From: Macrostomum lignano
Lineage: Eukaryota
Direction: 5' to 3'
Assembly: GCA_002269645.1 (NCBI GenBank)
Contig: NIVC01001920.1
Span: forward strand, 67,673-131,672
DNA length: 64,000 bases
Under the pieces are notes generated by a model. It had not been told where the DNA came from. It did no database searches and worked only from the letters and a program-made list of their open reading frames with translations. Positions 47,700-60,944 of the stretch are shown here, piece after piece. Numbering within the stretch: position 1 is the first letter of the stretch; each line of letters opens with the position of its first letter. The translations under genes were made by a program, and so were the position numbers.

Positions 47700-49280
47700 C
47701 ACTGACCCTCTATCCACTGACTCTGACTTCTCTGTCCACTGACTCTGACCCCTCTGTCACTGACCCTGAGACCCTGACCTCTCTGTCCAATGACCCTGAC
47801 CTCTTTGTCCACTGACTCTGACCCCTCTGTCACTGACCCTGAGACCCTGACCTCTCTGTCCAATGACCCTGACCTCTTTGTCCACTGACTCTGACCCCTC
47901 TGTCACTGACCCTGAGACCCTGACCTCTGTCCAATGACCCTGACCTCTTTGTCCACTGACTCTGACCCCTCTGTCACTGACCCTGAGACCCTGACCTCTC
48001 TGTCCAATGACCCTGACCTCTTTGTCCACTGACTCTGACCCCTCTGTCACTGACCCTGAGACCCTGACGTCTCTGTCCAATGACCCTGACCTCTTTGTCC
48101 ACTGACTCTGACCCCTCTGTCACTGACCCTGAGACCCTGACCTCTCTGTCCAATGACCCTGACCTCTTTGTCCACTGACTCTGACCCCTCTGTCACTGAC
48201 CCTGAGACCCTGACCTCTCTGTCCAATGACCCTGACCTCTTTGTCCACTGACTCTGACCCCTCTGTCACTGACCCTGAGACCCTGACCTCTCTGTCCAAT
48301 GACCCTGACCTCTTTGTCCACTGACTCTGACCCCTCTGTCACTGACCCTGAGACCCTGACCTCTCTGTCCAATGACCCTGACCTCTTTGTCCACTGATTC
48401 TGACCCCTCTGTCACTGACCCTGAGACCCTGACGTCTCTGTCCAATGACCCTGACCTCTTTGTCCACTGACTCTGACCCCTCTGTCACTGACCCTGAGAC
48501 CCTGACCTCTCTGTCCAATGACCCTGACCTCTTTGTCCACTGACTCTGACCCCTCTGTCACTGACCCTGAGACCATGACCTCTCTGTCCAATGACCCTGA
48601 CCTCTTTGTCCACTGACTCTGACCCCTCTGTCACTGACCCTGAGACCCTGACCTCTCTGTCCAATGACCCTGACCTCTTTGTCCACTGACTCTGACCCCT
48701 CTGTCACTGACCCTGAGACCCTGACCACTCTGTCCACTGACCCTGACCCCTCTGTCCACTGAATCTGATCCTTATGTCCACTGAATCTGATCCCTATGTC
48801 CACTGAATCTGATCCCTATGTCCACTGAATCTGACCCCTCTGTCCACTGAATCTGATCCCTATGTCCACTGAATCTGACCCCTCTGTCCACTGAATCTGA
48901 TCCTTATGTCCACTGACTCTGACCCCTCTGTCACTGACCCTGACCTTTTTATCCACTGAATCTGACCCCTCTGTCACTGACCCTGACCTTTTTATCCACT
49001 GAATCTGACCCCTCTGTCACTGACCCTGACCTTTTTATCCACTGAATCTGACCCCACTGTCCTTCGACTCTGACCCCTCTGTCCACTGAATCTGATCCTT
49101 ATGTCCACTGAATCTGATCCCTCTATCCACTGAATCTGACCTCTCTATCCACTGACCCTGACCCCTCTGTCCAATGACCCTGACCTCTTTGTCCACTGAA
49201 TCTGACCCCACTGTCATTCAAATCTGGCCCCTTTGTCCACTGAATTTGATCATTCTGTCCACTGACTCTGACCTTTCTGT
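47700..49280. repeat. 73-bp higher-order repeat grading into ~22-bp units
   Basis: CCACTGACTC at 47809 and 47882 gives period 73. Built from TGACC-containing subunits; after ~48740 the units are CCACTGAATCTGATCCCTATGT-like. Confidence 0.92.
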
Positions 49281-50977
49281 AACCCCACTTTGATATTTTA
49301 ATATTTTAATTGTTTATCTTTGACTAACTTTGATTACTTTGTCAAAAATAATTTAGATGTTCTTGTTCCCCTTTTTAGCCTTAGCCTCTGTGTTTCTATC
49401 CTTTAAAGAAACTATTTTCCATTAATATTATACAATATTTTTTATATAGAAAATGTTCATCTATCCAACAATTGATTACTTAAATATTGATAAAATGGAA
49501 ACATTGCATATTTTTGAATTATGAAATATACCAAAAAAAGGCAATGTACAAAAGTTACTATATTTTATTTAGAACTTAATTAAAATATTTAATATTTTTC
49601 TATGACCATTATTGGCTTTTTGTTAGCCCAATGCTTTATTACAATTGTTTAATAATAATTATGGTAATAATAATTGTAATAACAATACCATAAAAAGAAT
49701 AGTAATAATAATAATAAATATAATGTTCAAGAACTGTCTGTGGCTATGTTTTGTACTTTTATAGCTTGTATAAATAGTTGATTTTAAAATGCAGATTTTA
49801 TATTTTAAAAAAGAGCTATGATGAAGCATGCTTATTACGAAAAGAGAAACAAATTGGAATAATATATTTAAATAGTTTATGCATATGCATGTTTAGTTTT
49901 GTGTTCATATATTTTATTGTAAACAAAGAGTATTTCAATACTAACTAAGGAGACTAAAAGATTCCAAAAATATCGTAACCCCCCAAAAAATCGCACCCAA
50001 AACTAAAGTTTTTTCTCACATTATTTAAAAGAAGAAATGTAGGCCTAGTGCCTACAATTTGAATATAATTTTAGGTCCAAATCATTCACTGCACAATCTG
50101 AATCAATGCTAACTTAGCTACTAACAACTTGAACTTGAACAAGCAATTTACAAGCTTGCGCAAATCACATTAATTACATTTACAACACAATTAACTTGTC
50201 GGTCTTAACTTAGCTTTAACATGCCTCTGTTTGGTTAAAAAAAGTTACTTTGAATACTATTGACAAACTGTCTAAGTTCCATATAATAGCTCGGTACTAT
50301 TCTGTCGTAAATTTTGTTTGTTAAAATATAAAATTCATTACGTAGTTATCGTGACTTTTAAATTATTGTAACTCTTGCGGTAGCAAAATTGCCTATTTTT
50401 GCATTCTTAGTACTCGTAAATAGGATTGTGCTTTAGAGAGTAAAGCTGTACTAAATTTAAATTTCCTTGTCGAGACTTTCGGTTTAGTTTTGAGAATCAA
50501 AGGCCTTGACACATGAGGCATTTAATCAAAGGCCTGAGATATGTTCACCTCAGGACAACAAAGGTAAACATACATGTAGATTGGTTGTGGCGGAGTGGCC
50601 AAGATCCCACAAATGAGGTTAGTGACCTAAGGGTTTCTGTTAGTTAATTAATTTTACACCCAAAACTACTATTAACGAAACCGTTGAGTCCCGCTATTGA
50701 CGAAGATTTGAAGATTTAATCAATGAGTTTTTGGAAAGGGCCGACGATGAGGTGTCTAAGGAACGGTCTATATTTAATGCTGAGAGCGAGAACCTATGCT
50801 TAGGGGCCGTAAAGAGTAAAGTGAAGGTGAAGCTCTAATTTTTTTATATAGCTTGATCCTTTGGGTCCTTCGATGAGCTACGGTAAAGTACTAAGTAATG
50901 CTAGTGTCTTCTGATGCCCTGTAATTCGATCGAGTTATTTAGTAATTAAAAGCAACAGTCAATAATTTAAATCCATG

Positions 50978-51160
50978 GCAGCTTCAATTCTCTCGGCAGC
51001 TTCAATTCTCTCGGCAGCTTCAATTCTCTCGGCAGCTTCAATTCTCTCGGCAGCTTCAATTCTCTCGGCAGCTTCAATTCTCTCGGCAGCTTCAATTCTC
51101 TCGGCAGCTTCAATTCTCTCGGCAGCTTCAATTCTCTCGGCAGCTTCAATTCTCTCGGCT
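50978..51160. repeat. 18-bp minisatellite (~10 units)
   Basis: Unit GCAGCTTCAATTCTCTCG. Confidence 0.93.
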
Positions 51161-52505
51161 TCTTCAGAATCTGAATACATGCATGTACCTAACTCTCTTG
51201 CCATCAGAATTGACCATTGCCCAGCAGATTATACTGAAGTGTGAACTATGAGAAGCATGAGAAAAAATATTAAGAATGAACTAAACTGTGCACGTGAGCA
51301 TTGAGAAAAAAAATTAAATAATGAGTTGGGGGTCGTCGTATAGTCAAAATGATGCACGGTCAAATTAAAATGGTATTTTTGTGCTCTGAAATATTGAATA
51401 GCTCTGTAGACAGTTCGTGGACCACGCTCGAATAATGCTCAGTACAAGTGTCTGCATTCCATTCAAAAATCAGTGCAATTTTTTTATTTCACAGTCAGTC
51501 GTAAAATTTATGTAACTAATTAATAGAATGCGGTGTTATAGCGTAATTATGTGTGGAGTTGCTACAGATGTTTCTGTACCATTTGAAAATCAAGCGTGAC
51601 AATTATAGCGCTATAAGGTGATGGGTAATGTAGGCTGGGATTGCCATTGAATAAGTGCTAGCAGTGGGATTACCTGAAGTGCCGAGGTGCTTATACAAGG
51701 TTGATATATAAACACTATAATTAAGCATTGAGTCAAAAAATGTTTTTAAAGACAAGCAACAGCAATCTGCAAATTTAAGATTTCATGCATTGAATGAAGT
51801 TTGGGTTGCATAAAATTTTCAGAAGCGCGGCTCGATCAGTCTGTAAAGCCGCTCTGTCGGTTGTACGTTTCGAATAAAATTCATTTGCATGTACATTCGC
51901 ATAAATAATTGTTTAATTTTATCTACCAGAGTGCATTGAACGCAATGGATTGGACAGGGTGGTGCTACATAATTGCCAAATTGAAATTGCAAAGCATTTT
52001 AACCATGATTTTATCAGTTCAAGCAGGTCAGGCAGCGTACATGTAGGTAGCATTTCGTATCTACGTATCTTAATTCTTACATCTCTCTTCATTCCTTCAG
52101 CTTTCGAACTTCTATTTTGTTAATTCGCACAACTTATGACGGAAAGGTGGTGATTTTTGTTTTTTAATTTTTCTATAAACTGAGTTGACAAAAGCCCGTA
52201 TAGCAATCCGACGTCTCCGACATTCAATTCTGACGTTTATCGGCGTCCCTGGCAAACAGCTGCACATTAAAATTACACCGACTTTCAGCCGGCGTACGAC
52301 ATCATTAAACTGTTGGCGCAATGTTAAAACATCAATTTGCCAGCGAAGTTCACCGAGTTCGGGTACGTCGAATTGTCGGCGAACGTCGGGAATGTTGCGC
52401 GGGCAGATTGCTGGGTTGCCTGATCTATCGTAACTCTTTAAAAAGCAAGCACTTTCTAACTCCAGACAGGCCACACTGTTGATAAAAATCTGGCAAAAGT
52501 AAAAA

Positions 52506-55500
52506 TTACTCCGATTTGATTGCAGCATCCTCTTTCGGTGCAGCCTCCTGATCTTCATCAGCCTGAGTCTCGCCCGTCACCACCATGAAAACCTTCTGCA
52601 GAGCCAAGGTCAGGCCGTGGTAGCGGCGCTGGAAGGATGCCGGCTTTCGCTCCCAGGCCACGCAGAGAAAGTACACCGGAATGCCGACGGCGATGAAGCC
52701 GAGGCACTTCAGGCTCTGGTCTGGCGCCTGGTAGATCGTCATGGCAACCAAGCCAAAGCACCACAGCAGCACGAATACGGGAATGGGCAGGGGGATCTTG
52801 ATCGGCCTGTGCAGGTTTGGCCGCGAGTAGCGCAGATAGAGCAGCGAAGACATAGTGAGGGTCAGGATGATGTTGAACGCAAAACCTAGCAGGTTGATCA
52901 GCGTCCAGATGTCAGCGAGGAAAAGCAGAGCCAGAGAAATTATGAGCTGCGGAGTGTTAGAAAACATAGTTTATTTAAGTCTACTAGCGGCTGTTGCCAG
53001 CAACCTTCCCCTGCCTAAAATTACACTGAATAACAGCTCTCATCTCTACCCCGTTGTACACTAAATAGCAGCTATCATCTCTACCCAATGTACACTGAAT
53101 AGCAGCTATCATCTCTACCCGATGTACACTGAATAGCAGCTATCATCTCTACCCGATGTACACTGAATAGCAGCTATCATCTCTACCCGATGTACACTGA
53201 ATAGCAGCTATCATCTCTACCCGATGTACACTGAATAGCAGCTATCATCTCTACCCGATGTACACTGAATAGCAGCTATCATCTCTACCCGATGTACACT
53301 GAATAGCAGCTATCATCTCTACCCAAAGATCACATTAAATAAAAATCACCAAAGTGCTCACCATAACGATGAGCGATGGTAGAGGCGTGAGCTGCTTATA
53401 GCTGATCATGGCCAAAAACTCGGGCAGCTGGCCCTCCCGAGCGCCCACATAGAAAACCCGGGAGATGCTCATCGTGCCGCCGTTGATGGCACCGAACACC
53501 GAGATGGCGACGAACAGCGGCATGAGGAAGGCAGCCGGGCCCATCTTGTCGTTGGCGAAGGTGATGGCCACCGCGTTGGAGGAGATGATCTGCTCCGGGG
53601 ACAGGACGGCAGCGTAGGCCACATTGGCCAGCAAGTAGACCGCGGTCACAATGGTGATGCTGATGACTATCGCTAGGGGAAGATTTCTGTAGGGATTCTG
53701 CAGCTCCTCGATCAGAAAGTTCAGGTAGTTCCTGACAGTTCAATGGATGGTTTCTGGCGATAAATTTTCTAAATTCAAGATAGTAAAGTTTTTTTGGTCC
53801 AAACCGTCATTCGATGGTTCAAGATGTGTAGAAAAGTGTCAAAGTATCGGTGTCAGGATCTGCAGATGGGTGTCAGGATCTGCAGATGGGTGTCAGGATC
53901 TGCAGATGGGTGTCAGGATCTGCAGATGGGTGTCAGGATCTGCAGATGGGTGTCAGGATCTGCAGATGTGTGTCAGGATCTGCAGATGGGTGTCAGGATC
54001 TGCAGATGGGTGTCAGGATCTGCAGATGGGTGTCAGGATCTGCAGATGGGTGTCAGGATCTGCAGATGGGTGTCAGGATCTGCAGATGGGTGTCAGGATC
54101 TGCAGATGGGTGTCAGGATCTGCAGATGGGTGTCAGGATCTGCAGATGGGTGTCAGGATCTGCAGATGGGTGTCAGGATCTGCAGATGGGTGTCAGGATC
54201 TGCAGATGGGTGTCAGGATCTGCAGATGGGTGTCAGGATCTGCAGATGGGTGTCAGGATCTGCAGATGGGTGTCAGGATCTCGATCAGGATCTCTATATA
54301 GACTTCAGTTTCTCCAAAGATTTCCTTGTGTTATCGGGACGCATCATATGTTGCTACTCATGAGTAGTAACAGCTGCATTGAACCCGACTTTCCAATTCC
54401 ACGCACCATCCGCCGTAAGCCCAGAAACCGGCGTAGAACCCGAAGGCCAGGGTTTTGCCATTGATGTCCGAGCCCTCGAATGCGTCCTGCAGGTTGTTGC
54501 TGTAGCCTGCGAGTGGAAATGGGGAGCGGAGGGTGGGTGAACTGCTTGAGGTCCCGTCAGACAACTCAGGCCTAGAATTTCTTAGAAATGCTAATGACTC
54601 TCAGAGCAACGTCTCATAGAAATATTTACTATTGCTTTGCGTTTTTCGAATTTTGGAAGTGTCTCTAATGCCAACTCAGAATGAAGAGCGTTCTCAGTGC
54701 CTTGAGCACGCCCGATCGGCGCTGACAGAACAAACTGCACGGCAGTGGGGCTGCTCTGTTTACCTTTGCCAACGTGAATGAAGCCGAGAATGATGATGAT
54801 CACGAGGGCCAGCAGCTTGCACCCGGTGAAAATTATCTGAGTTTTGGCCGCCCACTTCACGTTGATGCAGTTGATGGCCGTCAGCAGGCCTGTGGGATGG
54901 AGATAGCGGGAGGCTGGGGTTGGGCTTGACTCAGGCGATGCCTTGAGATCCTTCACAGACTCTCCAGTTGCCATCGCTGTCTTCTGTGCTCATTTAAACC
55001 CGAGTCCCGAGCGCCCCATGCCTCGGGCGGTGACCTACAAGGCCCACTCTTTTGAGTCTGGACTTGGCAACTCAATCAAGCATGCAAAACAATTTTATTT
55101 TATTTTGGAATTCTCATTCTATGGATTCGTGTTCCTCGTTCCTCCTCGGCATCCATATTCTCCCTATTTCCAGCATCGCTTACTTCCCATTCTCACTGGT
55201 CTGATACCTTGATCCTATCACTCATTGATCCCATCACTCCCTGATCCCATCACTCCTTGATCCCATTACTCCTTGATCCCATTACTCCCTGATCCCATTA
55301 CTCCATGATCCCATCACTCCATGATCCCCTCACCCCTGATCCCATCACTCCCTGATCCCCTCACTCCCTGATCCAATTACTCCCTGATCCCATTACTACC
55401 TGATCCCCTCACTCCCTGATCCCATCACTCCCTGATCCCATCACTCCCTGATCCCATCACTCCCTGATCCCATCTCTCCCTGATCCCATCACTCCCTGAT

Positions 55501-56196
55501 CCCAGCACTCTCTGATCCCAGCACTCCCTGATCCCATTACTCCTTGATCCCATTACTCCTTGATCCCATTACTCCTTGATCCCATTACTCCTTGATCCCA
55601 TTACTCCTTGATCCCATTACTCCTTGACCCCATTACTCCTTGATCCCATTACTCCTTGATCCCATTACTCCTTGATCCCATTACTCCTTGACCCCATTAC
55701 TCCTTGATCCCATTACTCCTTGATCCCATTACTCCTTGATCCCATTACTCCTTGATCCCATTACTTCCTGATCCCAGCACTCACTGATGGCGCAGGCTCC
55801 GAGCAGCTTCGCAGCCCAGCCATCCGGCATGCAGGCGGTTTCTGGGAAGCCTCTGAGCACGTACTCGGCGAAGATAAGGGCGCTGGCTGCCGTGGGCACC
55901 GCGCACACCATGAAGAAGATCGTCCACAGAGTAAGGAAGCCGATCAGCGGCCCGAAGGCCTCCTTGATGTAGATGTACTCGCCGCCGGACTTGGGGATGG
56001 CGACTCCCAGCTCGGCGTAGCACAGCGCGCCCAGGATGCTGAACACCCCGGAGGCCGCCCAGATGCACAGCGAGGCGCCCACCGACTTGACCTCGCGAAT
56101 GACGCCAACGGGAGACAGGAAGATGCCGCTGCCGATGATGATGCCAACGATGACGGCCACCCCGTGCATCAGCGTGAGTTCCTTCTTCAGGGCCAC

Positions 56197-56227
<31 letters not shown>

Positions 56228-56244
56228 GAACCTTCTGAAGCCAT
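52506..56244 (-). CDS. SLC7 L-type amino acid transporter light chain (LAT/y+LAT/b0,+AT-like)
   Basis: Exons 56244-55785, 54889-54764, 54506-54407, 53731-53362, 52946-52506 join in phase. GIIIGSGIFLSP, ALCYAELG..IPKSGGEYIYI, FWAYGGWNYLN, EELQNPYRNLPLAI, GAREGQLP, HRPIKIP. The N-terminus may extend to ATG 56348 with a 1-nt indel. Confidence 0.92.
53030..53325. repeat. 34-bp minisatellite (SLC7 intron 4)
   Basis: Unit AATAGCAGCTATCATCTCTACCCGATGTACACTG. Confidence 0.92.
53850..54280. repeat. 20-bp minisatellite (SLC7 intron 3), nearly invariant
   Basis: Unit TGTCAGGATCTGCAGATGGG, ~21 units. Confidence 0.96.
55210..55775. repeat. 16-bp minisatellite (SLC7 intron 1)
   Basis: Unit GATCCCATTACTCCTT and variants. 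Confidence 0.93.
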
Positions 56245-56394
56245 GGCTTTGCCGTTGCTGCTGTGCTGCTGCTGTGCGCCCGCTGCTGAGTTCCCTGACG
56301 CTACTGCTGCTCCTGGGGAAGCCTTCGAGTTGGAGGATGATGAGCCATTTTTTAATGCGAAGGTATGAGTACTGAGCAGTGTCTAGGCGTAATT

Positions 56395-58280
56395 CATATC
56401 CCAGATCCCATTTTGCTAAGATATCCCAGATCCCATTGAGACCAGATATCCCAGATCTTATTGAGTCAAGATATTTCAGATCCCATTGAGTCAAGATATC
56501 CCAGATCCCTATTGAGTCCAGATATCCCAAATCCCATTGAGTCAAGATATCCCAAATCCCATTGAGTCAAGATATCCCAGATACCATTGAGTCAAGATAT
56601 CCCAGATCTTATTGAGTCAAGATATCCCAGATCCCATTGAGTCAAGATATCCCAGATCTTATTGAGTCCAGATATCCCAGATCCCATTGTGTCAAGATAT
56701 CCCAGATCCCTATTGAGTCAAGATATCCCAGATCCCATTGAGTCAAGATATCCCAGATCCCATTGAGTCAAGATATCCCAGATCTTATTGAGTCAAGATA
56801 TCCCAGCTCTTATTGAGTCAAGATATCCCAGATCTTATTGAGTCAAGATATGCCAGATCCCATTGAGTCAAGGTATCCCAGATCCCTATTGAGTCCAGAT
56901 ATCCCAGATCTTATTGAGTCAAGATATCCCAGATCTTATTGAGTCAAGATATCCCAGATCTTATTGAGTCAAGATATCTCAGATCCCTATTGAGTCAAGA
57001 TATCCCAGATCTTATTGAGTCAAGATATCCCAGATCCCTTTTGAGTCCAGATATCCCAGATCTTATTGAGTCAAGATATCCCAGATCTTATTGAGTCCAG
57101 ATATCCCAAATCCCATTGAGTCCAGATATCCCAAATCCCATTGAGTCAAGATATCCCAGATACCATTGAGTCAAGATATCCCAGATCTTATTGAGTCAAG
57201 ATATCCCAGATCCCATTGAGTCAAGATATCCCAGATCTTATTGAGTCAAGATATCCCAGATCCCATTGTGTCAAGATATCCCAGATCCCTATTGAGTCAA
57301 GATATCCCAGATCCCATTGAGTCAAGATATCCCAGATCCCATTGAGTCAAGATATCCCAGATCCCATTGAGTCAAGATATCCCAGATCCCTATTGAGTCC
57401 AGATATCCCAAATATCATTGAGTCAAGATATCCCAGATCCATATTGAGTCAAGATATCCCAGATCTTATTGAGTCAAGATATGCCAGATCCCTTTTGAGT
57501 TCAGATATCCCAAATATCATTGAGTCAAGATATCCCAGATCCCTATTGAGTCAAGATATCCCAGATCCCATTGAGTCAAGATATGCCAGATCCCATTGAG
57601 TCAAGATATCCCAGATCCCATTGAGTCAAGATATGCCAGATCCCTATTGAGTCAGGATATCCCAAATCCCATTGAGTCAAGATATCCTAGATTCCCATTG
57701 AGTCAAGATATGCCAGATCCGATTGAGTCAAGATATGCCAGATCCCATTGAGTCAAGATATCCCAGATCCCATTGAGTCAAGATATGCCAGATCCCATTG
57801 AGTCAAGATATCCCAAATCCCATTGAGTCAAGATATCCCAAATCCCATTGAGTCCAGATATCCCAAATCCCATTGAGTCAAGATATCCCAAATCCCATTG
57901 AGTCCAGATATCCCAAATCCCATTGAGTCAAGATATCCCAAATCCCATTGAGTCAAGATATGCCAGATCCCATTGAGTCAAGATATGCCAGATCTTATTG
58001 AGTCAAGATATCCCAGATCCCTATTGAGTCCAGATATCCCAGATCTTATTGAGTCAAGATATCCCAGATCCCATTGAGTCAAGATATCCCAGATCTTATT
58101 GAGTCAAGATATCCCAGATCTTATTGAGTCAAGATATCCCAGATCTTATTGAGTCAAGATATCCCAGATCTTATTGAGTCAAGATATCCCAGATCCCTAT
58201 TGAGTCCAGATATCCCAGATCTTATTGAGTCCAGATATCCCAGATCTTATTGAGTCAAGATATCCTAGATTCCCATTGAA
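56395..58280. repeat. ~25-bp minisatellite upstream of SLC7
   Basis: Unit GATCCCATTGAGTCAAGATATCCCA with 26-bp variants, ~75 units. Confidence 0.96.
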
Positions 58281-59391
58281 AGCAGTCTGCGAATTTCATT
58301 CAGTATCTTTAACTTTTTAGCGCTGTCTATTTTCTAGAAATGACCTTAAATAAAATTAAGTTGCCAGCATCACTGGGCCCGCCCACATCGAGCAATCAGT
58401 CAATTTGACAGACAGTGGATGAAGCACTGAAGCTGTGTTTCAGCTGTCTACAAAGCTTATTGAAAAGTGTCTGGAGATTTACAAACTGCGAGGCGCACAA
58501 GAGATTGGCAGGAGGGCCATTATTAATAAGCCGGGGCGATAAGGCCGGCCATAAAAGCCCTGGAGGCGCCCCCAGCTTGGCATGCGCCCGGGCCGTGCCA
58601 GCCCTGACCGGCGCTGTCGCACACCTTTCGGGGTCACTCCCCCCCGTTCTGAACGAGGCCTGGCCTCGAATTTCAGGGGAGCCTGGACGGCATGCCGCTT
58701 CGTCATGACGGCGCGGTGCCCCGGACTGCCAGCTGTCACTCTCCCATGCAGACAGGGCCCCCTGGCTCGTATCTGCCGCCAGCCATTGTCGAGAGTGAGA
58801 GAAATCTACGCCTTGAGTTTACTTCAAAGTCCGGCAGCACTGGCTGATTTCCCGCGTAGTCACAGGGATTTCTCAGCTTATTGCACTTCCGCTGCGGTGT
58901 GCGGGCTTTCGATTCGGGCTCGTATCTGTGCAGTGGGCTGGCGTGGCTTCTCAGTACAGGTGAAGGCATTTCCTGGAAAGCGTGTTAGGTCCCTCCAATG
59001 ACTGAGATAAGAAACTACAGAGGGAGCTCTGGACTGGGCTCACTGGGTGGGCTTGCAGTTATACGGGAACCCATTGAGCTGGAGTCGCTTCCCTACTGCT
59101 TGAGCCGTGAGTCCATAGCAGCTGCTTAAAGTGGACTGTAATGCACACTAACAATAACTTTTAATGCTAAGTGCTACTGTACAGTGGCAGTGCGCGAGCT
59201 ACTGCTCTGCTTCTCCGGAATGCAGCACACGCAGACACATGTAGGAATGAATGCTGAAGTGTTCTGCATGGCTGCTGAGTTGGTGCCTCGGATACACACC
59301 TGCGCTGGCGCACGGAGGCGCGGGTGTAGCGAGTCCGCTGCAGTGATGGCTCGGGCTGGGAGGGTTGATGGCCCTGCTTGAGATAGATACA

Positions 59392-59975
59392 GACAGGCAT
59401 TGAGATATGCTGTGACAGGCATTGAGATATGCTGTGACAGGCATTGAGATATGCTGTGACAGGCATTGAGATATGCTGTGACAGGCATTGAGATATGCAG
59501 TGACAGGCATTGAGATATGCTGTGACAGGCATTGAGATATGCTGTGACAGGCGTTGAGATATGCTGTGACAGGCATTGAGATATGCAGTGACAGGCATTG
59601 AGATATGCTGTGACAGGCATTGAGATATGCTGTGACAGGCGTTGAGATATGCTGTGACAGGCATTGAGGCATGCAATGACAGGCATTGAGATATGCAGTG
59701 ACAGGCATTGAGATATGCTGTGACAGGCATTGAGATATGCTGTGACAGGCATTGAGATATGCTGTGACAGGCATTGAGATATGCTGTGACAGGCATTGAG
59801 ATATGCTGTGACAGGCATTGAGATATGCTGTGACAGGCATTGAGATATGCTGTGACAGGCATTGAGATATGCTGTGACAGGCATTGAGATATGCTGTGAC
59901 AGGCATTGAGATATGCTGTGACAGGCATTGAGATATGCTGTGACAGGCATTGAGACATGCTGTGACAGGCATTGA
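59392..59975. repeat. 22-bp minisatellite
   Basis: Unit GACAGGCATTGAGATATGCTGT. Confidence 0.95.
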
Positions 59976-60944
59976 AATTGAGAAGCACTCAGGCCGCACT
60001 GATCTGCCCCCTACTCACCAAAAAGTAAAAAATCTTTTGTGAATGTGGGATTGTCCTCAGCTGTGACTCGAACTCAGGTGGGCAGCTTCGGCAAGCGGCA
60101 ACGGATATTCGTGGAAAATGCTAATCGGTGCGGTCGAGACCCTCAAAATCCAAAGCGCTGCAAGTTTATGGCCGCCGCCGCCACCACCCGCCGAGCCGCA
60201 CCACTCGGGGTCGCGCGATTGGCTGGCTCAAGAAGCCCCTCGCGGTTTTTGAATTTTAGACTACGATTCGCTCAACTACTTATAGTAGCTTGAACGGACG
60301 TCATTTAGTAAAAAAATCAAGTCAGACTCAAGTATTGCTTAGCTGCTCTTGTGGTTTGTGTACTTTTTTGAAGGCTGGGTTTTTCCGCATCAAAAGCATT
60401 AAAACAGCAAGGACAACCAGGCTACTTGGAACCTGTTACGGCCAGGTCATAGTTTAGTGGTCCTGGTAATACAACTAGTAACAGTGTAACGTTTTCAACA
60501 CAAACATTTTGTAGTCAGTTTTAGGCAGGAGTATCTTTATGACAGAATCAGCCATAGGCTTCATATTTTCGCATTCAACTATGGAATTGGCAATGAAAGC
60601 AATCAGAATGTGTCCAGCGAAAGGGTTAAGTATTCTTTATACTATTGAGCACCATTTTAGACAGTTCGAAAAAGATGCTCAAAAAAAGAATTTAAATTGA
60701 CTCAGGAAAAGAGCACCTGCTACTCGGGTCATTAATATTGCTTTATTCTTACAGAGGAATGGTCAGTGAATATTCTTCTTACAATCTTCCTCAGTGCTGC
60801 ATTCTACAAAATTGAAATCGTTTTCTCTTGAACCACTGACTTCAATAAAAATTCTCTGGATTGGAGACTGCATAGCGCTCGAATCATTGCATTAATTATC
60901 GCTTTTAGAAATTCTGTTTGCGATGCCTCCATTTTAAAGTGGCA

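Noticed and set aside
50040-50056. GTAGGC-CTAGT-GCCTAC hairpin as a Helitron 3' end
   Set aside because: CTAG lies in the loop rather than downstream of the hairpin, and no matching 5' TC terminus is evident.
52112-52440. Short ORFs downstream of SLC7
   Set aside because: No recognisable motif; the 52112-52558 ORF merely overlaps the SLC7 last exon in another frame.
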